From IMG/VR virus record IMGVR_UViG_3300045988_091197: a stretch of DNA of 43,466 nucleotides; one strand, written 5' to 3'. Source of the DNA: a virus. Position 1 is the first letter of the stretch. Every line of letters begins with the position of its first letter. A program made the translations under genes and the position numbers. Positions 1-9,115 of this stretch are shown here, piece after piece. The notes beneath the pieces were generated by a model. It was not told the origin of the DNA, did no database searches, and worked only from the letters and a program-made list of their open reading frames with translations.

Positions 1-119
1 AATTCGGCGCACGTACCCGGAGCTGCAAGAGAACCACATTATCCCACTGTGCGAGATGCTGCACTGCCACGCGGAGGACAAGACGCAGCGTGTAGCGAGC
101 TACAACGATGCAAAAAAGC
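1..119. repeat. Terminal overlap, identical to 43348-43466 (signature of a circular or terminally redundant assembly)
   Basis: The two window ends are identical base by base. The overlap lies inside the terL frame and keeps it in phase. Confidence 0.95.
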
Positions 120-1282
120 ATATCACATTCCCCAACGGCAGCCGCATACTCTTCCGCTACTGCGACAACGAGAAGGACGCGGATCGCTTTCAGGGCACCG
201 AGGTCGACGTGCTGTTTGTCGACGAGGCTACCCACCAGAGCGAGGCAAAGATGGACAAGCTCAGCGCCTGTGTGCGTGGCGTGAACAGCTACCCGAAGCG
301 TATTTATTACACCTGCAACCCCGGCGGCGTCGGTCACGCGTGGGTCAAACGGCTTTTCGTCGACCGGCAGTATAAGCCCGGCGAAAATCCGGATGATTAC
401 AGCTTTATCCGCTCCCTTGTGCGCGACAATCTCGCGCTGATGCAGGCAGATCCCGAATACGTCCGCAAGCTGGAGGCGCTTCCGCCCAAGCTGCGCAAGG
501 CGTGGCTTGACGGGGACTGGGATATATACGAGGGGCAATTCTTTGAGGAGTTCGCCGACCGGCCGGAGCACTACACCGACCGACAGTGGACGCATGTTAT
601 AGAGCCGTTCGAGATACCGGACGGCTGGCGCATATACCGCTCTTTCGACTGGGGCTACGCCAAACCCTTCTCCTGCGCGTGGTGGGCTGTCGATTATGAC
701 GGCGTTGTTTACCGCATACTTGAGCTTTACGGATGCACGGACACCCCTAACGAGGGCGTAAAATGGACACCTGAGCGCGTGTTCGCGGAGATACACCGGA
801 TAGAGACCGAGCACCGCTGGCTGCGCGGGAAAACGATACAGGGCGTTGCGGACCCGGCAATATGGGACGCGGAGACCGGAGAGAGTATAGCGGACGTTGC
901 AACGAGATACAGAGTTTATTTCGACAAGGGTGACCATGCGAGGCTCCCCGGCTGGATGCAGGTGCATTACAGGCTGTATTTCGACGATAACGGCTACCCG
1001 ATGATGTATGTATTCAAAAACTGCAAGGCGTTTATTCGCACAATGCCGCTTTTGCAGTACGACGAGCACAGGGTAGAGGATTTGGACACGGACGGAGAGG
1101 ATCACGTTGCCGACGAGGTACGCTACTTTCTGATGACGCGGCCTATAAAGCCACGCAAAGCTCCGCTCCCGGAAGCAAAGCAGGCTGACCCGCTAAAAAT
1201 GTTTTTGGATATTGATCCAGCAGATATTATGCCGGCACAGCGAGTGCCGAGAATGGAGATAATACATGGCGATGTTAAATAA
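2..1282 (+). CDS. terL: Terminase large subunit, C-terminal part (continues from 43181-43466 across the circular junction)
   Basis: The frame is open from base 2 to TAA at 1280-1282 and is in phase with 43181-43466 through the 119-bp overlap. Gene order is terS-terL-portal. The N-terminal piece carries Walker A GGARGGGKS. Confidence 0.9.
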   Translation: MRRTYPELQENHIIPLCEMLHCHAEDKTQRVASYNDAKKHITFPNGSRILFRYCDNEKDADRFQGTEVDVLFVDEATHQSEAKMDKLSACVRGVNSYPKRIYYTCNPGGVGHAWVKRLFVDRQYKPGENPDDYSFIRSLVRDNLALMQADPEYVRKLEALPPKLRKAWLDGDWDIYEGQFFEEFADRPEHYTDRQWTHVIEPFEIPDGWRIYRSFDWGYAKPFSCAWWAVDYDGVVYRILELYGCTDTPNEGVKWTPERVFAEIHRIETEHRWLRGKTIQGVADPAIWDAETGESIADVATRYRVYFDKGDHARLPGWMQVHYRLYFDDNGYPMMYVFKNCKAFIRTMPLLQYDEHRVEDLDTDGEDHVADEVRYFLMTRPIKPRKAPLPEAKQADPLKMFLDIDPADIMPAQRVPRMEIIHGDVK

Positions 1283-3278
1283 GCGCCCACGCGACGACGC
1301 GGTCGAGAGCGACGCATCCGGCGCACTGCCGGTGGACGCACCGCCTGCGGGGAGTATGGGAAACATGGCGCTGATGCAGTCGATAGACCTTAGCGCGCTC
1401 CCCGTGGGGAATGTCGAAACACACAACGCGTTTTCACAGCGCATAGGCGCAGACCAAATAGCCGAGGCGTGGCAGACCCTCCTGAAGTACAAAGAGGGCA
1501 AGGCAAACCTTGAGCGCCGCATTGTCGACAACCACCAGTGGTACAAGCTGCGGCAATGGGACTGCATGCGCAAACACGGCGACGGTCAGGTGGAGCCGGT
1601 GTCCGGCTGGCTCTTTAACGCCATTGCGAATAAGCATGCAGACGCTATGGACAACTTCCCGCGCGCCAACATCTTGCCACGTGAAGAAGGAGACAAGGCC
1701 GAGGCCGAGATGCTGTCGTCCATTATTCCGGTAATCCTCGACCAGTGCGATTTCGAGCAGGTGTACAGCAGCGTCATGGACGACAAGTTGATAGGCGGCA
1801 CCGGCGTGTATGGCGTGTTCTGGGATAACACCAAGCTCAACGGGCTTGGTGACATAGACATTGAGGCCATAGACGTTATAAATCTCTTTTGGGAGTCCGG
1901 TATATCGGATATTCAGCAATCACGCAACCTGTTTTATGCCACACTCCGAGACAACGAGCTGCTCGAAAGCGAGTACCCGCAGCTCGCGGGCAAGCTTGCA
2001 GCGCCGGTCATGGACATTGCGAAGTACGTCTATGACGACACGATAGACACTACGCAAAAGTCTGTTGTTGTGGACTGGTATTACAAAAAGATGCAGGACG
2101 GGCGCGCCGTGCTCCACTACTGCAAGTTTGTTGCCGGGCAGCAGGAACCGCTGTTCGCCACCGAAAACGATCCGGATTATGCGTCTGCTGGCTGGTATAA
2201 TCATGGGCTTTACCCGTTCGTGTTTGATCCGCTGTTCTCCTGCAAGGGGACTCCGTGCGGTTTCTCGTACATCGACGTCGGCAAACGCACGCAGGAATAC
2301 ATAGACCGCGGAGACAAGGCGATCATGGAAAACCTGCTCTTTAACGCCTCGCCGCGGCACTTCTCCCGTATCGACGGAGGCATAAACGAGCAGGAATACG
2401 TCGATACCACGAAGAAGATCGTGCATGTTGAGGGCTCACTGTCGGACGACTACGTGAAGCCCATACCGGTAAACCCACTCAATGAGATATATGTCACTGT
2501 TATCAACAACAAGATTGACGAACTCAAGGAGACGACGGGCAACCGCGACGTATCGTCCGGCGGAACAACGGGAGGCGTTACGGCGGCAAGCGCAATAGCA
2601 GCCATGCAGGAAGCCGGCAGCAAGCTGTCACGCGACGGCAACAAGGCGGCTTACAGAGCTTTCCGCAAGGTTCAGGTGATGGTCATAGAGCTGATACGAC
2701 AGTTTTATGACACCGCGCGCTGCTTCCGTATTATTGGCGAGAACGGCGCACAGCGCTTTGTGCAGTACTCCAACGCCGGTATTCTCCCACAGGCGCAAGG
2801 ACAGCTGGTAGGCGGCACGCCAATGGAGCTGGGCGTCGAAGTCGGGTACAGATTGCCGCTGTTTGACGTTGAAGTCACAGCGGAAAAAGCGAGCCCATAC
2901 AGCAAAATGAGCCAAAATGAGTTGGCTTTGCAGTTTTATTCTGCGGGCTTCTTCGTGCCGGAACAGGCTGACGCGGCGCTCATTTGCCTTGACATGATGG
3001 ACTTTGACCGCAAGCAGTTCGTGATGCAGAAGATAGCCCAGAACGGGCAGATATATAAGCAGATGATTGCGGCGCAGAGCGTTGCTTTACAGCTTGCACA
3101 GACGCTGGATGCTGGCACGGGCGGGCAGCTTGCCGAGACGCTTGCGGCTCAATTCGGGATGCAGGCTCCGACGGCAGCACCCGGAACCGTGAACCCCGCG
3201 GCCGCGGACACAGGAAGCGAAAGCAGCGTGACGAAAAATGCAAGGCAGACGGCTGCGGAAGCTTCTGCGCCGAGATAA
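1266..3278 (+). CDS. Portal protein
   Basis: 670-aa ORF immediately after terL, overlapping its end, with GGAGA 7 nt upstream of the ATG. Size and position are typical of a portal. Confidence 0.8.
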   Translation: MAMLNKRPRDDAVESDASGALPVDAPPAGSMGNMALMQSIDLSALPVGNVETHNAFSQRIGADQIAEAWQTLLKYKEGKANLERRIVDNHQWYKLRQWDCMRKHGDGQVEPVSGWLFNAIANKHADAMDNFPRANILPREEGDKAEAEMLSSIIPVILDQCDFEQVYSSVMDDKLIGGTGVYGVFWDNTKLNGLGDIDIEAIDVINLFWESGISDIQQSRNLFYATLRDNELLESEYPQLAGKLAAPVMDIAKYVYDDTIDTTQKSVVVDWYYKKMQDGRAVLHYCKFVAGQQEPLFATENDPDYASAGWYNHGLYPFVFDPLFSCKGTPCGFSYIDVGKRTQEYIDRGDKAIMENLLFNASPRHFSRIDGGINEQEYVDTTKKIVHVEGSLSDDYVKPIPVNPLNEIYVTVINNKIDELKETTGNRDVSSGGTTGGVTAASAIAAMQEAGSKLSRDGNKAAYRAFRKVQVMVIELIRQFYDTARCFRIIGENGAQRFVQYSNAGILPQAQGQLVGGTPMELGVEVGYRLPLFDVEVTAEKASPYSKMSQNELALQFYSAGFFVPEQADAALICLDMMDFDRKQFVMQKIAQNGQIYKQMIAAQSVALQLAQTLDAGTGGQLAETLAAQFGMQAPTAAPGTVNPAAADTGSESSVTKNARQTAAEASAPR

Positions 3279-3287
3279 GGAGAGCAC

Positions 3288-3632
3288 ATGATACGGGCAG
3301 CTTTTATCGTTGACAAAACAAAAGGCACGCTGACAATGAGCGTTCGCGGGCATTCCGGCCTCGGCGCTCGCGGCCGCGATCTTGTATGCGCCGGGGCTTC
3401 CACACTCGCTTATACGGCGGCGCAGAACATAGATTTTATGGCAAAGGCCGGACAATTTGACGGCGAGCCGAAGATCATAATACACGAGGGGCACATGAAG
3501 GTGCAGTGCAAGCCCAAGCCGGAACACTACGCCGAAGCCCTGCACACGTTCTTCGTTGTGCAGACAGGTATGTTATTGCTGGCGAAGAATTTCCCAAAGA
3601 ACATTGAGCTTAAACCGTTTGAGACCGCCTGA
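3288..3632 (+). CDS. prp: Prp-like cysteine protease (ribosomal-processing protease family, DUF464)
   Basis: 114 aa. The motif GHSG...GRDLVCAGAS matches the His/Cys dyad context of Prp. It has an AAGGAG RBS and sits between portal and scaffold. Confidence 0.75.
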   Translation: MIRAAFIVDKTKGTLTMSVRGHSGLGARGRDLVCAGASTLAYTAAQNIDFMAKAGQFDGEPKIIIHEGHMKVQCKPKPEHYAEALHTFFVVQTGMLLLAKNFPKNIELKPFETA

Positions 3633-3705
3633 GGGCGTATCAATAGGAGTCGTCCACCATACGGACAGGTTAAAGAGTCGTTCGCTTAACGGACAGGAGG
3701 ATACC

Positions 3706-4653
3706 ATGAGCAAATACATTAGCCTTGACTGTTTCGACATCCAGCTTTTCGCCGAAGGCGGCGCAGGAGCCGGAGGCGGCACCGGAGCAGCGGGCGCAAC
3801 GGGCGTAAGCGCTGCTGACGCCGGGCAGCAATCAACAGGCGCGGGCAATCCACTCGCAGGCGTGAAGTATGGCAAGCAGGCGGACGCCGCCGGAGAGGCG
3901 CAGGGCGCGGCAGGAGAGACCGTAGCCGGAGACAGCCCGGAACAGGCCAGAGCGCGCCAGTTCAAGGCGCTTATCAAGGGCGAGTACAAAGACCTTTATG
4001 ACGCGGAAGTCAATGACGTTGTGCGCAGACGTTTTAAGGCGACCGACGAAAAGGTAAGCCGCTATGATGCGCTGTCGCCTACTCTGGAATTGCTATGCAG
4101 GAAGTACGGCGTGGAGAACGGCGACGTAGAGGCGCTTGGCAAGGCCATAGAGGATGACGACAGTTTCTTCGAGGAAGAAGCAATGCAGCGTGGTATGAGC
4201 GTACAGCAACTTAAGCAGGTGCGCAAGATGGAGCGCGAGAACGCCGACCTCAAGCGCCAGATGCAGGAGCGCCAAACCCAAGAGCAGGCCGACAAGCTGT
4301 ACAGTACATGGCTCAATCAGGCAGAAGAGGCAAAGCGCATATACCCTGATTTTGACCTTGCAGCGGAGCTTCAGAACGCGGACTTCCAGTCGCTTCTCCG
4401 CAGCAACATCCCGGTGCAGACGGCCTACGAGGTTGTCCACAAAGACGAGATCATAACACGAGGAATGAACTTTGCCGCAAAGACCGTGGAAAAGAAGATT
4501 GCGAATGATATGATCGCGCGAGGCCGCAGACCCAGCGAGGGCGCAATGTCTCAGGGGGCGGCGGTCATTAAGAGCGATGTGTCGCAGCTCACCAAAGCAG
4601 ACAGGCGGGAAATAGCCCGCCGCGTAGCCAGAGGGGAGAAAATAGTATTCTGA
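3706..4653 (+). CDS. Scaffolding protein with N-terminal Prp-type propeptide (MSKYISLDCFDIQLFA/EGG)
   Basis: AGGAGG at 3695-3700 precedes ATG 3706. The product has a Gly/Ala-rich N-terminus followed by charged, coiled-coil-like sequence. The gene lies just upstream of the capsid gene. The longer ORF-track start at 3556 has no RBS. Confidence 0.75.
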   Translation: MSKYISLDCFDIQLFAEGGAGAGGGTGAAGATGVSAADAGQQSTGAGNPLAGVKYGKQADAAGEAQGAAGETVAGDSPEQARARQFKALIKGEYKDLYDAEVNDVVRRRFKATDEKVSRYDALSPTLELLCRKYGVENGDVEALGKAIEDDDSFFEEEAMQRGMSVQQLKQVRKMERENADLKRQMQERQTQEQADKLYSTWLNQAEEAKRIYPDFDLAAELQNADFQSLLRSNIPVQTAYEVVHKDEIITRGMNFAAKTVEKKIANDMIARGRRPSEGAMSQGAAVIKSDVSQLTKADRREIARRVARGEKIVF

Positions 4654-4699
4654 CGCAGAAGACCGGCTTCTCCTCAAAATTCATAAAGGAGAACAACAA

Positions 4700-5779
4700 A
4701 TGAAGAAAATCAAATCTATCCTGTTTCCCATGCTGCTTATGAATATGCAGCTCTTTGCAACGCAGACCACGTTGCTCAACAGTACCGGCAACGACCTTTC
4801 GCCGGAAATGAAGACCTTCTATGACATGACGCTGCTCGACGAGGCGCAGGCACAGCTGGTTCACGACCAGTTCGGCCAGAAGCGCCCCATTCCCAAGAAC
4901 GGCGGCAAGACCATAGAATTCCGCAAGTTCAGTTCCCTCGCTAAGGCGCTGACTCCGCTCACTGAGGGCGTCACTCCGAACGGCAACAGCCTTGACGTGA
5001 CGACTATCACCGCGACTGTTAAGCAGTTCGGCGATTATATCGTCATGTCCGATGTCCTTGAACTGACCGCCCTTGACCCGATTGTTCTTGAGGCGACCAA
5101 GCTTCTGGGCAGACAGGGCGGCCTGACCCTTGACACTGTTGTCCGCAACATCCTGTGCGCAGGCACCAACGTGACCTACTGCCCGCAGATCGGCACCGGC
5201 GGCGCCGAAACCGAAGTGACGAGCCGCAGCGGGCTGAATACCACGTCTCAGCTCACCGTTGACGTTGTGCAGCAGGTTGTTGCCAAGCTCCGCGCGCAGA
5301 ATGCGCCCACCATCGACGGCGATTATGTCGCCATAATCCACCCGTACGTCGCATATGACCTGATGCGCGACCCCGAATGGATCGATGCGCACAAGTATGC
5401 ACAGCCTGACAACCTGTATACCGGCGAGATCGGCAAGATAGCCGGTGTGCGCTTCGTGCAGACTACCGAGGCAAAGATCTGGAATGACGAGACCTGCCCG
5501 GTAAAGACCGCGGCAGCAAGCGGCAATCCCGCCGTTTATTACAGCGTGTTCGCCACTCTGTTCATCGCCGACGGCGCGTACGGCACGACCGAGGTCGAGG
5601 GCGGCGGTATGCAGACCTTTGTCAAGCAGAAGGGCAGCGCCGGTACTGCCGACCCGCTCGATCAGCGCAGCTCCGTCGGCTGGAAAGCGCTCAAAACCGC
5701 AGAAATACTCATGCCGAACTATCTGGTTCGTGTTGAGTCTGTCTCCAAGCGTTTCAGCGGTACGGCGAAAGCCAACTGA
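4700..5779 (+). CDS. Major capsid protein (HK97-fold type) with N-terminal Prp-type propeptide (…MNMQLFA/TQT)
   Basis: 359 aa with an AAGGAG RBS, located after the scaffold gene. The QLFA motif is at 4748-4759. Confidence 0.85.
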   Translation: MKKIKSILFPMLLMNMQLFATQTTLLNSTGNDLSPEMKTFYDMTLLDEAQAQLVHDQFGQKRPIPKNGGKTIEFRKFSSLAKALTPLTEGVTPNGNSLDVTTITATVKQFGDYIVMSDVLELTALDPIVLEATKLLGRQGGLTLDTVVRNILCAGTNVTYCPQIGTGGAETEVTSRSGLNTTSQLTVDVVQQVVAKLRAQNAPTIDGDYVAIIHPYVAYDLMRDPEWIDAHKYAQPDNLYTGEIGKIAGVRFVQTTEAKIWNDETCPVKTAAASGNPAVYYSVFATLFIADGAYGTTEVEGGGMQTFVKQKGSAGTADPLDQRSSVGWKALKTAEILMPNYLVRVESVSKRFSGTAKAN

Positions 5780-5791
5780 CGGTTCAATATG

Positions 5792-5820
5792 GCGCGGGGG
5801 AGGCTTTGCCTCCTCTGCGC
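5792..5820 (+). other. Strong GC hairpin (about 14 bp, tri-loop) just after the capsid stop codon, without a T-tract
   Basis: ggcgcgggggaggc ttt gcctcctctgcgc. It may be an attenuator or an RNA-stability element. Confidence 0.4.
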
Positions 5821-5842
5821 ATACGAAGAAAGGAGTTTTATT

Positions 5843-6085
5843 ATGGCAAAACTGGAAACCATTGACGCAGCGGAAGCAGTCGAGGAAAAGGTGAGAATCC
5901 GCCTCCCCAAGACCAAAGACGAGACCGGAGACGTCTTCGTAGCGGTAAACAATCGCACTTTCCTCATCCAGCGCGGCGTGGAGGTAGAAGTTCCGGCCTG
6001 CGTTGCGGAAGTTCTTCGCAACAGCGAGCGGGCAACCGAAGAAGGCTTGGAATACCTCGAACAGCGCGCATCCAAAAGAGCATAA
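5843..6085 (+). CDS. Small head-module protein, function unknown
   Basis: AAAGGAG RBS upstream of ATG 5843; 80 aa. The ORF-track start at 5789 lies inside the hairpin. Confidence 0.7.
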   Translation: MAKLETIDAAEAVEEKVRIRLPKTKDETGDVFVAVNNRTFLIQRGVEVEVPACVAEVLRNSERATEEGLEYLEQRASKRA

Positions 6086-6091
6086 ATACAA

Positions 6092-6124
6092 ACGGCGCAC
6101 TGTTCATTCCGGTGCGCCGTTTTG
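6092..6124 (+). terminator. Rho-independent terminator after the head genes
   Basis: 9-bp stem acggcgcac/gtgcgccgt followed by TTTG. Confidence 0.65.
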
Positions 6125-6141
6125 AATAAGGAGTGATACAT

Positions 6142-6513
6142 ATGACAGCTGGACAGGCTATCAAGAGCATAGACGAGCTTAAACCCAACGCATACTCGCA
6201 GAGCAGAAAATATATCTGGCTGTATGAGCTGGACGCGCAAATAAAAGATAGGCTGATTGACACCCACGAACTCAATGCAGGCGAGCGCGCGCCGGAGCTT
6301 CCGGAGGAGTACGACGCAGACACGGTTCTGCTGGTACCGTCTCCGTATAACTCGATGTATATACACTGGTTGGAGGCGCAGATAGACTACGCCAACAACG
6401 AATACCGCAAATTCAATAACAGCAACAGCATGTTTCAGGCTGATTTATCGGAATACGCCATGAAATACAACAGGACGCACATGCCGAAAGGCTCCACACC
6501 TATTTATTACTGA
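6142..6513 (+). CDS. Putative head-tail adaptor or head completion protein
   Basis: AAGGAG lies 8 nt before ATG 6142; 123 aa. The function is assigned from position only. Confidence 0.6.
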   Translation: MTAGQAIKSIDELKPNAYSQSRKYIWLYELDAQIKDRLIDTHELNAGERAPELPEEYDADTVLLVPSPYNSMYIHWLEAQIDYANNEYRKFNNSNSMFQADLSEYAMKYNRTHMPKGSTPIYY

Positions 6514-6523
6514 GGGGTGCGCG

Positions 6524-8278
6524 ATGAGATATCCAGAACTCACAGAAGAAAGCACCTTTCGGCAGGTGACGGACACTTTCCTCGGATACAACCACAACAT
6601 AAAACTGCGGGACGGCGAGTTTTACAACACCGAAAACCTCACAAGCAAGTTCTACCCTATGCTTGCCGTGCGTCAGAAGCGCAGTGTTGTTACGGACTCG
6701 CTTACCGCGGCACAGGGAATGATCGAAAAAGACGCGCTCGGTTATGTGGATAACGGGACGCTTTATTATAATTCGCTTGCAACGCCTATAACAGGGCTTA
6801 AAGCCGGGCGAAAGCAGCTTATCAGCATGGGGGCATACATCTGCATATTCCCCGATAAGATGTACTACAACACCATAGACGGCAGCGATTATGGCAGCAT
6901 GGAGGCATCTTACAGCTTCAACGGGACTGCCAAATACGAGATGTGCAACTCTGACGGCAGCGTTTACGGCACGGCTACCGAGGGTTCCACAGCGCCCGCA
7001 GACCCGGAAGACGACGCACTGTGGATTGACACTGCAAACGGAGTGCTTAAACAGTACAGTGTGAGTATGGCAATGTGGGTAACGATTGAGACAGTGTATA
7101 CCAAACTGACGTTTTCAACGCAGGGGCAGGTCACGAACCTGTTCAAGGAGTATGATGGGGTAGAGCTTGCGGGGGCGCATTTCGACGATCTCAACGGCTC
7201 CAAGATTATATATGGCATAGGCGGCAAGGACGGAGATGACGCCGAAAACGACTTCATAGTTGTGATAGGCGTTCTTGAAAACGAGTATACGGACGAAAAT
7301 GCGCAGATCAGCATAAAGCGCACCGCCCCCGACATGGACTATGTCTGCGAGTGCCAGAACCGATTATGGGGATGCCGCTACGGCAACGACGGTACGCAGA
7401 ACCTCAACGAGCTTTACTGCTGCGCACTCGGCGACTTCAAGAACTGGCGGCAGTATCTCGGCCTCAGCACGGACAGCTGGACGGCATCTGTAGGTTCAGA
7501 CGGCGTGTGGACGGGCTGCATAAACTTCCTCGGAAGTCCGGTGTTCTTCAAGGAGAACAGAATCCACAGAATCTCCGTCTCGTCTTCCGGCGCGCACAGC
7601 GTTTCTGACACGCCCGCAAGAGGCGTTCAGCAGGGCAGCGACCGCAGCCTTGCGGTTGTCGACGAAGTGCTCTACTACAAATCGCGCACGGATGTATGCG
7701 CGTGGCAGGGCGGATTCCCTGAGGGCGTATCATCGGATCTTGGAGACGAGCGTTATTACAAAGCCGTTGCGGGAGCGTTCGGACGCCGCTACTACATCAG
7801 CATGGAGGACTCAGACGGGAAACCGCAGATGTTCTGCTATGACATATCCAAAGGGCTGTGGATGCGTGAGGACGGTCTAAGAGCAGATCAGATATGCAGA
7901 CTTGACGACTCGCTGTACTGCCTATCGGGAAACACAATATACGACCTTAACGGCCTTGCCGGAAGCGCGGAGGGAAATATATCGTGGTTTGCCGAGACGG
8001 GGATAATGTACTACGAGTATCCGGACAAGAAATATATATCCAGATATAACATCAGGCTGCGCATGGCGGCTATGGCCACACTGCAAATGGATATTGAATA
8101 CGACTCTTCCGGCGAATGGGAGCTTGCAGGCAGAGTGGAAGCGGCGAGCGGCACAAGAACCGTGACGCTGCCTGTCTGCCCGCGGCGCTGCGACCACATG
8201 AGACTTCGACTGAGCGGGGCGGGGGACGTGAAGATATTCTCTATTGCCCGCCTGCTTGAAAAGGGGAGCGATATGTGA
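6524..8278 (+). CDS. Virion structural protein, probably a tail protein (repeated aromatic YY/beta-strand motifs)
   Basis: 584-aa ORF with a GAGGGG RBS and recurring motifs such as LYYN, MYYN, LYYK and RYYI. No family was recognised. Confidence 0.7.
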   Translation: MRYPELTEESTFRQVTDTFLGYNHNIKLRDGEFYNTENLTSKFYPMLAVRQKRSVVTDSLTAAQGMIEKDALGYVDNGTLYYNSLATPITGLKAGRKQLISMGAYICIFPDKMYYNTIDGSDYGSMEASYSFNGTAKYEMCNSDGSVYGTATEGSTAPADPEDDALWIDTANGVLKQYSVSMAMWVTIETVYTKLTFSTQGQVTNLFKEYDGVELAGAHFDDLNGSKIIYGIGGKDGDDAENDFIVVIGVLENEYTDENAQISIKRTAPDMDYVCECQNRLWGCRYGNDGTQNLNELYCCALGDFKNWRQYLGLSTDSWTASVGSDGVWTGCINFLGSPVFFKENRIHRISVSSSGAHSVSDTPARGVQQGSDRSLAVVDEVLYYKSRTDVCAWQGGFPEGVSSDLGDERYYKAVAGAFGRRYYISMEDSDGKPQMFCYDISKGLWMREDGLRADQICRLDDSLYCLSGNTIYDLNGLAGSAEGNISWFAETGIMYYEYPDKKYISRYNIRLRMAAMATLQMDIEYDSSGEWELAGRVEAASGTRTVTLPVCPRRCDHMRLRLSGAGDVKIFSIARLLEKGSDM

Positions 8279-9105
8279 TGGCTATAAACGAAATGCCGCC
8301 GATGCTGTCCGGCAGCGTGACACAGAACATTGCGAACCTGCGCGCGTACCTTGTGCGCATGGTGAATGAGCTTAACGATGTTGCCGCAGCGGCTTCCGAC
8401 GGCACGGCGATCACTGCGGCACCGTCTGTGCAAAAAGCGATGATGGCGGCGAGCAAAGACAAGACCGCGGAGGACATACGCAAGAACGCGGAGTCTTTAA
8501 AATCGCTCATAGTCAAGACGGCGAACGAACTCGCGGAAAAAATTACATCGGGCGACAGCTCTGTTATGCACTATGCTGACGAGCGCGTTGACACACTTAG
8601 CTCGGTATATGTGGCGCAGTCTGAGTTCGGCACGTTTCAGGAGAATATACAGGCGCAGATAACCGCGACGGCGCGCGGCGTTGTCGAAAGCTACGACTAT
8701 GACTCGGCAATAGAGTCTGCACAGGACGATATAGAAGCGCTTCAGCGCTATTACACATCCATAGACGGAGAAATAAGGCGCGGCATTGTCCAAGACCCGG
8801 AAACCGGAGAATACGTTACCGGTATTGCGATATCTCAGAATCTCCAATTCAGCGGGGAGTGCGCGCCGGGGGACAGCAACAATCCGCAGGACGGTTATAC
8901 ATACTATTACCTTTCAAGCGGTCAGACCTTCGGCCTGTACACGTCCACCGGCTGGCAATTCTGGATAGACGGAGTTCGCCGCGGCTACTTCAACAGCGAA
9001 GACGGCGTTCTGCACATAAGCAGAGTACAGGCCGAAGAGAGCATGCAGTTTGGCGACAGTTGGCTTATTACTTCGGCGGGCGGCTTCGGCATGCGAAAGA
9101 TATGA
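8278..9105 (+). CDS. Virion structural protein, function unknown
   Basis: ATG 8278 overlaps the upstream TGA. AAGGGGAG lies 9 nt upstream. 275 aa. Confidence 0.7.
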   Translation: MAINEMPPMLSGSVTQNIANLRAYLVRMVNELNDVAAAASDGTAITAAPSVQKAMMAASKDKTAEDIRKNAESLKSLIVKTANELAEKITSGDSSVMHYADERVDTLSSVYVAQSEFGTFQENIQAQITATARGVVESYDYDSAIESAQDDIEALQRYYTSIDGEIRRGIVQDPETGEYVTGIAISQNLQFSGECAPGDSNNPQDGYTYYYLSSGQTFGLYTSTGWQFWIDGVRRGYFNSEDGVLHISRVQAEESMQFGDSWLITSAGGFGMRKI

Positions 9106-9115
9106 GGTATACGGC

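Noticed and set aside
4589-6100. 503-aa minus-strand ORF antisense to the scaffold end, the capsid gene and the next gene. Similar long antisense ORFs occur at 24576..25667, 21580..22494, 40273..41121, 18874..19668, 5719..6366 and 26426..27187.
   Set aside because: These ORFs run antisense to genes with strong motif and RBS support, cross intergenic regions and terminators, and have no RBS. Their Arg/Leu/Gly/Ala-rich composition is what is expected from the open antisense frame of genes with G/C-rich third positions.
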